DNA of 64,000 nt from an uncultured bacterium (GTDB lineage Bacteria > Patescibacteriota > Minisyncoccia > UBA6257 > 2-01-FULL-56-20), in NCBI GenBank assembly GCA_963696395.1, contig CAVOJZ010000002.1, positions 6,433 to 70,432 on the forward strand, in the 5' to 3' direction. The notes under the pieces are model-generated. The model was given only the letters and a program-made list of their open reading frames with translations. It was not told where the DNA came from and did no database searches. The translations under genes and the position numbers were made by a program. This document shows, piece by piece, positions 11,738-19,807 of this stretch (position 1 is its first letter; each line of letters begins with the position of its first letter).

Positions 11738-11777
11738 AAACGCCGCGACTTCACAACGAAGCAGCGGCGTTTTCTTT
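11738..11777 (+). terminator. Intrinsic terminator
   Basis: AAACGCCGC...GCGGCGTTT followed by a T-rich tail. Confidence 0.6.
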
Positions 11778-11780
11778 GTG

Positions 11781-11922
11781 CAGGACAGGAAGCAGTGAGA
11801 TTCCTGCCAAAAGGCAAGGGCAATTCTTTTCTCCAAAAAAGGGTATGCCGGACGCGCGTAGGCGCGGAGGCGTAGGCCGTTTTCTGTAGAAAACGAGCCG
11901 ACCCTCTTTTGAAGAAAAGAAT
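11781..11922. repeat. Structured inverted-repeat region abutting the tRNA-Tyr 3' end
   Basis: 22-bp stem (11823-11844 / 11901-11922, 2 mismatches) enclosing two hairpins, plus a CAGGACAGGAA-GCAGTGAGATTCCTGCC module related to 26501-26650. Confidence 0.6.
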
Positions 11923-11926
11923 AACT

Positions 11927-12012
11927 TGGTGCGTCGGGCAGGATTCGAACCTGCGTAGCCCGTAGGCGACAGATTTACAGTCTGTTGCGATTGACCACTC
12001 CGCCACCGACGC
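11927..12012 (-). tRNA. tRNA-Tyr (GTA)
   Basis: GCGTCGG/CCGACGC acceptor stem, anticodon loop CTGTAAA, long variable arm, GGTTCGAATCC, encoded CCA. Confidence 0.97.
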
Positions 12013-12055
12013 AAGAAACTATATTGTTATACAACGTTTTCCCAATTTTCGGAAG

Positions 12056-12454
12056 CTAAAGCGCTGCTCCGCCATCGTTCTGATCGGTTGCCCGTCGTCC
12101 AAACCTGCGGCGGTCATCACTGCGCCGCTCCGCGCCATCATCGGCTATTTCTTTAAAATTAATCGCAGACTTTCGCTCGTGCTCGTCTTCTTTGGCTTTC
12201 ATTTTTTGAATATGCGTACCGAGATTGTTGTCAATTTTTAAAATGGCAATTTTTATCTTCCTTAAAAATTTAAACAGGAAGCCGTTAAATGCTATATCGA
12301 TTTTTTCCGGAATCTCAGAGTGTGCCCAACGATCGAGAAGGCTGCGAGATTCATCAGCCGGCTCTTCGACGATCCGCGGCAACGCACGAACCATAAGATA
12401 GAGCACTGCGAGAAGGCAGAACATTAAAACCGTCACGAAAACAAATTCGATCAT
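12056..12454 (-). CDS. Hypothetical membrane protein
   Basis: N-terminal TM helix followed by RALPRI; co-oriented just after tsf. Confidence 0.7.
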   Translation of the reverse strand: MIEFVFVTVLMFCLLAVLYLMVRALPRIVEEPADESRSLLDRWAHSEIPEKIDIAFNGFLFKFLRKIKIAILKIDNNLGTHIQKMKAKEDEHERKSAINFKEIADDGAERRSDDRRRFGRRATDQNDGGAAL

Positions 12455-12461
12455 CCTACTA

Positions 12462-12917
12462 TTATACCTCGATCCGGTAGAATTGGTTCACGGTCACGTT
12501 CTCCCCAACTTTTGCGATGACTTCGTTTACAAGATCCTTGACGGTCTTGGATTCGTCTTTGATATAAGGCTGTACCAAAAGTTCTTCCATGCTTTTTGGA
12601 TCCATCGCGGAAATTTGCATCGCAATTTCATGGGCAAGTTTTTGAAACGGCTCCGAGCGGACCACGAAATCGGTCTCGGCGCGAAGTTCGATCATTACAC
12701 CGATTCGATCGTTGTGAACATACGAATGGACAAGTCCGGCGCCAGTCTCTCGGCCGGCCCGTTTTTCCACTTTTGCAATCCCCTTTTCCTGGATAATTTT
12801 TGCCGCAGCATCAATATCGCCGCCGGCCTCTATGAGAGCCTTACGGCAGTCCATAACTCCTGCGCCGGTCAATTCACGCAATTTTTGAACCGCTTCCGCG
12901 GAAATATCTTTTGCCAT
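12462..12917 (-). CDS. tsf: Elongation factor Ts (short form)
   Basis: LRELTGAGVMDCRKAL, ETDFV, KVGEN; follows rpsB. Confidence 0.95.
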   Translation of the reverse strand: MAKDISAEAVQKLRELTGAGVMDCRKALIEAGGDIDAAAKIIQEKGIAKVEKRAGRETGAGLVHSYVHNDRIGVMIELRAETDFVVRSEPFQKLAHEIAMQISAMDPKSMEELLVQPYIKDESKTVKDLVNEVIAKVGENVTVNQFYRIEV

Positions 12918-12921
12918 AATG

Positions 12922-13725
12922 TTATTTTTGCTGGGCCGGTGCCTCCGGCTTCGCGGCTTGTGCAGCCTCGGCGGCACGCGCGGCTTCTGACGCTTTCAGT
13001 TTTAATCCTGCTGCCATGGCGGATTCAACTTTGCTCAAAAACCACTCGATGCTCTTCTTCGATTTGTCGTTGCCGGGGACCAGATAATCAACTTCGTCCG
13101 GATCCGCGTCAACGTTCGCGAAAGCGACGATTGGAATTTTCTTAACGTGGGCTTCGCGGACCGCGGTTACGTGAAGCACCGGGTCAATCACCACCATGAC
13201 ATCCGGTTCGCGAACCATATTTTCCAGACCACCCATGAGTTCTTCAAGACGATGCATTTCACGCTCCATCTCGAGGCGTTCCTTCTTTGTATATTTTTCG
13301 AGCGCACCCGATGCAAAATCGGCGCGAAGCTTCTTCAAGTGGTCCACCCGCTTTCCGATAATCTTGAAATTGGTGATTGCTCCTCCGACCCAGCGGAACG
13401 ATACGTAGGGCGCGTTAAATTTTTTGGCAAGTTCCACAACCCCTCCTTCAGCTGCCGGCATTGTACCGACAAGAAGGATGAGTCCCCCGGTTCGCACTTT
13501 TTCAGTGATGAACGCAGTAGCAATATCGAGCATTTCCGATGTCTTTTGGAGATTCACAATCTCAATTCCCCCTCGATTCGCAAGGACAAATTGGCGCATC
13601 TTTGGATTCGTTTTGCTTTTCTTGCGGCCATAAAAAACTCCCGCATCCATCATCTCGCGGGATCCTTCGGCCGGATACGTGGCGTCTTGCGCATTCGCGC
13701 TTGGGACAATTACATCGTTTGACAT
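12922..13725 (-). CDS. rpsB: 30S ribosomal protein S2
   Basis: NPKMRQFV, RWVGGAITNF, AVREA, PGND. Confidence 0.95.
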   Translation of the reverse strand: MSNDVIVPSANAQDATYPAEGSREMMDAGVFYGRKKSKTNPKMRQFVLANRGGIEIVNLQKTSEMLDIATAFITEKVRTGGLILLVGTMPAAEGGVVELAKKFNAPYVSFRWVGGAITNFKIIGKRVDHLKKLRADFASGALEKYTKKERLEMEREMHRLEELMGGLENMVREPDVMVVIDPVLHVTAVREAHVKKIPIVAFANVDADPDEVDYLVPGNDKSKKSIEWFLSKVESAMAAGLKLKASEAARAAEAAQAAKPEAPAQQK

Positions 13726-13743
13726 AGGTTTGATACGAGAAGA

Positions 13744-13776
13744 AGTATAGCAAACCCCTTGAAAGCTTTCAAGGGG
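13744..13776 (-). promoter_or_regulatory. rpsB promoter overlapped by a perfect 22-bp palindrome
   Basis: TTGAAA-N17-TATACT on the minus strand; palindrome CCCCTTGAAAGCTTTCAAGGGG at 13755-13776. Confidence 0.6.
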
Positions 13777-13803
13777 GCGCAGCCGGGCGGCGAAACGCCC
13801 GTT

Positions 13804-14853
13804 TTAAAATGTTCTCGAGAGGAAAAAGATGACGAGCCCGAGCGCACAAAAGATTGCCGAAATGATCCAAAAACGCATGGTAACCTGTGATTCGGGCCAA
13901 CCCAACGCCTCGAAATGATGGTGTATCGGCGTTGAGCGGAATATTTTTTTCCCGTGCCGAAGCTTCTTTGAGATAACCTGAATAATCACCGATAACGATT
14001 CAACGACGAGAATAAACGCGAAAAATGGCAATATGAGCGTTGTGTTTGTGAGCATGGCAATGACCCCGATCGTGACGCCAAGCGACATGGCTCCGGTATC
14101 CCCCATGAAAAATTTCGCCGGATAGATGTTGTACCACAGGAACGCGAGCAAAGCCCCGATCATCGCCCCGCCGAATGCGGCGAGGTTATAACGGTGCAGG
14201 ACAAACGCGACTGTTGTGAGCGCGACGAAAGCAAAAAGCGAAACGCCGCCGAGCAGGCCATCGAGGCCGTCGGTTTCGTTCGCCGAAAACGCGCTCGCAA
14301 AAATAATGAAAATGAAGATTGGGATATACCACCAGCCGATCGTCACGTTGCCTACGAATGGAATATTAAGCACATCCCATTGCAAGCGGAAATAAAACCA
14401 CCAGGCTCCGACGGCGGCCATAATAAAATATAAAACTGACTTTTGGCGTATCTTGAGTCCTCCGCCATTCGCACCGCCGAGCTTCAAAACGCCCAACCAG
14501 TCATCCACGAAACCGAGTATCGCCGCGCCGGCGAGGGCCACAAGCGGCAGATACGTTTCCGCGCGGTCAACAAAATTGAAATAATGCCACATTCCGGCAA
14601 AGAGATGATTCAGGATGTCGAAAACGATGGCCATGCCCAATACGGTGGACCAGATGATAATGCCGCCACCGGTCGGCGTGCCGATTTTATTCTTATGCAA
14701 ATTATGAAAAACCGGTGTCACCGAATCGTCGCGGAGCTGTTTGCCGAAATTATGTTTTTTGAGGAACCTGAACCAAAACGGCGTCACAAAGAGAGCGACC
14801 AAGAAAGCAACGCTCGCAACAATTGTTACCCGGATGGTTTCGGCGATGAGCAT
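13804..14853 (-). CDS. mraY: Phospho-N-acetylmuramoyl-pentapeptide transferase
   Basis: TPTGGG, GFVDD, NETDGLDGL, FMGDTG, ESLSVIIQV, PIHHHFE. Confidence 0.95.
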   Translation of the reverse strand: MLIAETIRVTIVASVAFLVALFVTPFWFRFLKKHNFGKQLRDDSVTPVFHNLHKNKIGTPTGGGIIIWSTVLGMAIVFDILNHLFAGMWHYFNFVDRAETYLPLVALAGAAILGFVDDWLGVLKLGGANGGGLKIRQKSVLYFIMAAVGAWWFYFRLQWDVLNIPFVGNVTIGWWYIPIFIFIIFASAFSANETDGLDGLLGGVSLFAFVALTTVAFVLHRYNLAAFGGAMIGALLAFLWYNIYPAKFFMGDTGAMSLGVTIGVIAMLTNTTLILPFFAFILVVESLSVIIQVISKKLRHGKKIFRSTPIHHHFEALGWPESQVTMRFWIISAIFCALGLVIFFLSRTF

Positions 14854-14855
14854 GG

Positions 14856-15896
14856 CTATTTATAGTTTTGCTTTACCCAATTAAAAAGCTTCGTCGAATC
14901 GCCGAAACGATCGTCGGTTCCGAGCACCAGGATAAAAAGCGGATGGCCGGTGTAATTTAACACCGTCAATAAATTTCCACTTGCCTCATCGGTATGCCCC
15001 GTCTTGCCGCCGATGAAATCGGGCGCACCGGAAAAATTATCGATACTATTCACCGGCACTGTTTGATGGTCGGCCAGATTCGTAATAACAACGTGCGGAA
15101 CGCGGGTGATGGCAAAGATCTGTGGGTAATTGTTATAAATTTCCTGAGTGAGGATCAGCAGGTCGTGAGCGGTTGATTCGTTCGCGGACGAAAGTCCGGA
15201 TGGATCGTCATAATAGGTGTTCGACATCCCCCACTGGGCGGCTTTGGCATTCATGAGCGCCAGAAATTGAGTGCGGCCATAGGCCGTTGCAAGCGCCTCT
15301 GCGGCAACATTGCTTGATGGAAGCAATAAAACCCGAAGCAAATCGCTCACGGTATACGTTCCGCCGATTTGGAGACTGAATTCCTGAGGATCCACCGCAA
15401 ACATCTGCGGAGTGATGCTCACGGTTTGGTTCATCGGAAGATTGTCGAAAACGATCGCCGCCGTCATAAGCTTGGTGAGCGATGCCATTGGCCACCGGGC
15501 ATTCATATTAAGCGAGATCAATGGTTCTCCGCTCGTAAGGTCTGCGACAAGCGCGGCGGCATCTGAAAGTTGCGGAGGGTTAGTGTCGGCGGTTTTTGAA
15601 AAATCCTGCGTGGAATCGCTGATGGCGTAGCCAATTGCACCATTTTTAACGACGACTGGGTCGCTCACCACCGGCGACAAAGGATCGGTCTCGGCGGACA
15701 CGGAAGTTTCGGTTGTTGTGGCTATAACGGGAAGAATAAGGATGGGCTGCTGGCCGACGGCTTTTGCCCCGACCGTCTGAGCTTCGTTTGCAGACAGGCT
15801 CGGAAGAATCAAAAAGTTTGGATACGACGCGCGTGAAAAAAGCACGACTCCGATAATCACAAATAAGAAAATAAATTTAAGCGTGCTGTTGCTCAT
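14856..15896 (-). CDS. D-Ala-D-Ala carboxypeptidase (peptidase S11)
   Basis: SxxK (ASLTK), SxN (SSN) and KTG motifs; N-terminal membrane anchor. Confidence 0.88.
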   Translation of the reverse strand: MSNSTLKFIFLFVIIGVVLFSRASYPNFLILPSLSANEAQTVGAKAVGQQPILILPVIATTTETSVSAETDPLSPVVSDPVVVKNGAIGYAISDSTQDFSKTADTNPPQLSDAAALVADLTSGEPLISLNMNARWPMASLTKLMTAAIVFDNLPMNQTVSITPQMFAVDPQEFSLQIGGTYTVSDLLRVLLLPSSNVAAEALATAYGRTQFLALMNAKAAQWGMSNTYYDDPSGLSSANESTAHDLLILTQEIYNNYPQIFAITRVPHVVITNLADHQTVPVNSIDNFSGAPDFIGGKTGHTDEASGNLLTVLNYTGHPLFILVLGTDDRFGDSTKLFNWVKQNYK

Positions 15897-16428
15897 CGAA
15901 AACTTTTAATAGCTCCTGGAATTTCTCGAATTCCGGGAGGTCTTTTTTGTCGGTTATCCCGAGGTGCTTCATAAGGTCAAAAGTTGTTTGATATAAAAAT
16001 CCCGAAGGATGAGCCGGATCCGGAAACCGCTCAACCATGCCACGGATCATGAGGCTTCGTAAAATGACGATTGAATTCACGCCGCGAAGATATTCGAGTC
16101 GTGCGCGGGAAATTGGACCGAGGTAAGCGACAATCGAAAGCGCTTCAAGACTGGCGGGCGTCAGGTCCTCGGTGATTTCCTCTTTCACGAAATCTTCCAG
16201 GATCGCGTTGAAATCCGGTTTCGTGGTAAGTTGGGCTTTTTCGCGATCCGCGATGAGCTGCAGTCCACGCCCCGAAGCGGCGAGTGTCCGCTTATATCCT
16301 TCGATAACCTGTTCAAGCTCGTCGGGCGGAATACCAAGCACTGTCCCGATTTTTTTATACGACAACGGCTCTCCATGAATGAAAAGCAACGCTTCAAGAG
16401 ACGCCTGCTTGTTTTCGAGGTTTTCCAT
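15877..16428 (-). CDS. scpB: SMC-Scp complex subunit ScpB
   Basis: LEALLF, SLEALSIVAY.GPISR, RGVNS. Confidence 0.93.
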   Translation of the reverse strand: MENLENKQASLEALLFIHGEPLSYKKIGTVLGIPPDELEQVIEGYKRTLAASGRGLQLIADREKAQLTTKPDFNAILEDFVKEEITEDLTPASLEALSIVAYLGPISRARLEYLRGVNSIVILRSLMIRGMVERFPDPAHPSGFLYQTTFDLMKHLGITDKKDLPEFEKFQELLKVFDEQQHA

Positions 16429-16429
16429 A

Positions 16430-17191
16430 TTATTCAGAGTTCCGCTTCTTGACCATTATATCAGAAAAATTTTCCATTTGCTCTAGTAAAACGAGCTGTT
16501 CGCGGGCGAGATGAAGGATCGCCAGAAAAATGACTATCATTTCCGATCGGGATTTTTCGCTCGACAAATTTTTGAAATGGGCCTCCCCTTCCTGCTGAAC
16601 CCTGCCCAGAACCTCGCTGATCTTTTCCTCGAGCGTAACGATTTTTTCTTTAATGGTCTCTGTCTCGAGTTCGTATGTTTTTATGGTTTCAAAGATCTGT
16701 CCGAGCGCTTCCGCAAGGCGATCAGCCGAAGTTGTGCTCCCCGGATAAAAAACCGATTGCCCCGGCGCAAGTCCGGAACCTTTTCCCAGAAAATATGGCC
16801 GGCTGAATGCTTTGTGGCTTTCGTGCCACAGATGATTAATATGGCGAAGCGCCGGCTTCAGTTGTTGATAAATTTTGAGATGGCCCTCGAGATCCTTAAT
16901 GCTCGCTTCTTCCTCGTCGGTCAATACGAGACCCGGCAATAGATATTTTGATTTAAGGAAAATGAGCCGACTCGCAACAGAAATGAAATCGGCAAGAACG
17001 CGAAGGTCAATGCGGAACCGTTCTTCGGTTGCAAAACCGCCGTCGTGCTTAAATGCTTCGAGATATTTCAAAAATCCGTCGGTAACCTTGGTAAGGCTCA
17101 CTTCGCTCACGTCAAGCTTTTGTTCCTCGATAAGCTCCAGCAGTTTTTCGAGCGGGCCGTTCCAGGTGCCGACCTGTGTTTGGTATTCCAT
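16430..17191 (-). CDS. scpA: Segregation/condensation protein ScpA
   Basis: GPLEKLLELI, LKSKYLLP, FLAILHL; adjacent to scpB. Confidence 0.92.
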   Translation of the reverse strand: MEYQTQVGTWNGPLEKLLELIEEQKLDVSEVSLTKVTDGFLKYLEAFKHDGGFATEERFRIDLRVLADFISVASRLIFLKSKYLLPGLVLTDEEEASIKDLEGHLKIYQQLKPALRHINHLWHESHKAFSRPYFLGKGSGLAPGQSVFYPGSTTSADRLAEALGQIFETIKTYELETETIKEKIVTLEEKISEVLGRVQQEGEAHFKNLSSEKSRSEMIVIFLAILHLAREQLVLLEQMENFSDIMVKKRNSE

Positions 17192-17243
17192 GGGTTATCA
17201 CTATAATACCGCAACGAAAGCGGTTGCGGTATACTTGAGGCAT

Positions 17244-18347
17244 ATGCCCCAGGCACTTTACCGAAAATACCGCCCGAAAAATTTCGCCGAACTTTTGGGG
17301 CAGGAAACGAACGTCGAGATTTTGAAAAATGCCGCGAAATCAGGACGCATCGGACAGGCGTATATTTTTTACGGACCCCGGGGAACGGGAAAAACCACAA
17401 CCGCCCGGCTTATTGCGAAACTGCTCAACTGCGAGAAGCGTCGGACGGATGAGGCTTTTGCAAAGCTTGGGGAACCATGCAATGTATGCAATGAATGCCT
17501 TTCGATCGATGCACAAACCTCGTTCGATGTCATCGAAATCGACGCCGCTTCCAACCGTGGCATCGATGAAATCAGGAACCTGAAAGAAAGCATCCAAACA
17601 TCGCCGACGTCAGCCGCTCACAAGGTTTACATTATTGACGAAGCGCACATGCTCACGGGAGCCGCGTTCAACGCGCTTTTAAAAACCCTCGAAGAGCCGC
17701 CTCGACATGCGGCAATCATCCTTGCCACCACAGAATTCGAAAAGCTTCCGCCAACGATCACTTCCCGCGCGCAGCGCTTCATTTTCAACCGACCCGACAA
17801 GACGACGATCATCGGCAAAATAGCCGACGTGGCAAAAAAGGAAAAAATTAAAATCGACGGACCGGCGCTGGAATTGATCGCCGCCGCAAGCGAAGGCAGT
17901 TTTCGTGACGCCATTTCCCTGCTCGACCAGATTGCGTCACTCACCCAATCAATAACGCTTGCCGATGCGGAGCGTATCACCGGTCGAACCGGAATAAAAA
18001 AAGTTCACGCTCTTGCGAGTCTTATCGTTAAAAAAGACTTGCCAGGAGCACTCGCTTATCTTGCGGAACTAAGCGACGACGGACACAATCTTGTGCAATT
18101 TACCAAAGATCTTATCCACTATCTACGGAAAGTTCTCGCTCTCCGAATCAACCCAACGCTCGAAAAGGTAATGGAAAAAGACCTGACTGCCGAAGAACTT
18201 GCAGGTGCAAAAAAGCTCGGCGCCGACGCCGACCCAAAACTTTTGGTCACCATTTTAAAAGCGCTCATCCGTGCCTATTCGGAAATGCGGTATTCACCGT
18301 TTGCCGCCGTGCCACTCGAGGTCATGCTTATTGAATACTTATCATGA
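17244..18347 (+). CDS. dnaX: DNA polymerase III subunit gamma/tau
   Basis: LYRKYRP, GPRGTGKTT, EIDAASNRG, IIDEAHML, LKTLEEPP. The real start is MPQAL, not the start given in the ORF track. Confidence 0.95.
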   Translation: MPQALYRKYRPKNFAELLGQETNVEILKNAAKSGRIGQAYIFYGPRGTGKTTTARLIAKLLNCEKRRTDEAFAKLGEPCNVCNECLSIDAQTSFDVIEIDAASNRGIDEIRNLKESIQTSPTSAAHKVYIIDEAHMLTGAAFNALLKTLEEPPRHAAIILATTEFEKLPPTITSRAQRFIFNRPDKTTIIGKIADVAKKEKIKIDGPALELIAAASEGSFRDAISLLDQIASLTQSITLADAERITGRTGIKKVHALASLIVKKDLPGALAYLAELSDDGHNLVQFTKDLIHYLRKVLALRINPTLEKVMEKDLTAEELAGAKKLGADADPKLLVTILKALIRAYSEMRYSPFAAVPLEVMLIEYLS

Positions 18348-19342
18348 GATCATTTCTCGCGAAGCATCAATATCTCGTCATCTGGATCGCCAGCATCATT
18401 ATCATTGGCGCTCTCCTGATTCTTGTCGTCCAGTTGAACAGTTCGTTCCTACCGACTATCTCGTCCTTGAGTCAGCCTTCGGCGCCCGCTCAATCAGCTC
18501 CGGCCACTCCACCGCAGCCAAGCGTGACACTTACGATTCAAAAGAATGGAAAACAAAACACGCTCATGATCCAGTGGCAGAACCTGCCAAATGGCACAAC
18601 GGAACTGTATATCTTCCGCGGGAAGGGAAATAACACGAGCACATGGGAACTTTGGAAAACTTTGATGCTCGGAGAAGGACAATTCACAAATGGTAGTGCC
18701 CAATTCACTCTCGGAAGTGGCGATTTAGGCTATGGATATTACGTGCAAGCCGCGGGAGGCTATGAAAACAGCACCGGCACACAAATTCTGTGGCAAAGCG
18801 GATCCGGCGACCCGGGCAGTGGTGATAATGGCGGAGGCAATGGTGGCAACCAGGGTGGAAACGGAAACGAAGGTGGGAACAGTTCTTCCTCGCAAGGAGC
18901 CCCGGGCGGTGATTCCACAAGCACCGGGAGCGGCAATGGCGACGGACAGGGATCCGGCGGAAATGGGAACGGGGGTGGGAGCGGTGGGGGCAATAGTTCC
19001 GGCTCGAATGGAAATCCCTACTACAATCCACAAATACAGATAACGGGCTATGGCACCGCGAACGGAAGCTTCTGGGTTCAGCACGTTAACCAGAGTATCG
19101 AAATAGGATGGCAAGATCTGCCCGAAGGCATCGATACAATCGTCGTTTCCCGCTCCGAGCAGCAGGCCGGGCCATGGGATCAGATCCTTTCGCAAAAAAA
19201 CCCGAGCCAAAGCGGATCGTATTCCCTGCAGCTGGTTGATGGCACGCTCGGCGATCCTTACTATTACGAAATGACAGCACTCGAAGGAACGACAACCATC
19301 GGCACCTACGGACCAATCTATCTTCCGCCCACCGGACAATAA
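18344..19342 (+). CDS. Membrane-anchored surface protein: two beta-rich domains joined by a Gly/Ser/Asn linker
   Basis: N-terminal TM. Two similar units (IQWQNLPNG...W...YYVQA and IGWQDLPEG...W...YYYEMTA) flank a low-complexity linker of about 70 aa. Confidence 0.7.
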   Translation: MRSFLAKHQYLVIWIASIIIIGALLILVVQLNSSFLPTISSLSQPSAPAQSAPATPPQPSVTLTIQKNGKQNTLMIQWQNLPNGTTELYIFRGKGNNTSTWELWKTLMLGEGQFTNGSAQFTLGSGDLGYGYYVQAAGGYENSTGTQILWQSGSGDPGSGDNGGGNGGNQGGNGNEGGNSSSSQGAPGGDSTSTGSGNGDGQGSGGNGNGGGSGGGNSSGSNGNPYYNPQIQITGYGTANGSFWVQHVNQSIEIGWQDLPEGIDTIVVSRSEQQAGPWDQILSQKNPSQSGSYSLQLVDGTLGDPYYYEMTALEGTTTIGTYGPIYLPPTGQ

Positions 19343-19792
19343 CTAACGGGTATACGTGATGGTCTTATTCAATTCTGCATTTAGCGCTGATAACGTCACG
19401 CTCCCTGACGCATTTATGATAATCGAATAATCAGTATTGTAATCGGTCGGTGAATTATAATACGAGCTTGTTGCCGATGGATCAAACGGCATGGCGAAAA
19501 GGCCGTCATTTGGGATGAGGCACGGCGCAATATTATAACTGCCGGAGGCACTTCCCATATTTTTCGTGGACGTCGGGATGCCGCCGGAGGCACAGACAAA
19601 CTGACTTGTGCCGCCTTCAAAAATATTTTCCCGGATGCCGAGCATAATGTTTTGGAGATCGACCATACGGCGGCTGTTTCTCGCGGAGGCAAGTTGTCCG
19701 GCCGGGTTTGCAACAAGAAAATAAATACCGACAAGTATCGCAATGAGTGCAACGACAATCACGATCTCGATAAGCGTTAAACCTTTGCGCAT
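19343..19792 (-). CDS. Type IV pilin
   Basis: Prepilin motif KG|LTLIE followed by a hydrophobic helix; ARNSRRMVDL. Confidence 0.9.
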   Translation of the reverse strand: MRKGLTLIEIVIVVALIAILVGIYFLVANPAGQLASARNSRRMVDLQNIMLGIRENIFEGGTSQFVCASGGIPTSTKNMGSASGSYNIAPCLIPNDGLFAMPFDPSATSSYYNSPTDYNTDYSIIINASGSVTLSALNAELNKTITYTR

Positions 19793-19807
19793 ATGTTTAT
19801 TCTAGCA

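Noticed and set aside
11557-12014. ORFs overlapping tRNA-Tyr
   Set aside because: They are translations of the tRNA and its hairpin region, with no protein-like features.
12462-12917. Truncated EF-Ts
   Set aside because: Short EF-Ts forms are normal in CPR and some other lineages.
16875-17243. N-terminal extension of DnaX in the ORF track
   Set aside because: It is antisense to scpA; the conserved start is the ATG at 17244.
18800-19010. Low-complexity GGC/AAT-rich tract as a DNA repeat
   Set aside because: Explained by a Gly/Asn/Ser protein linker.
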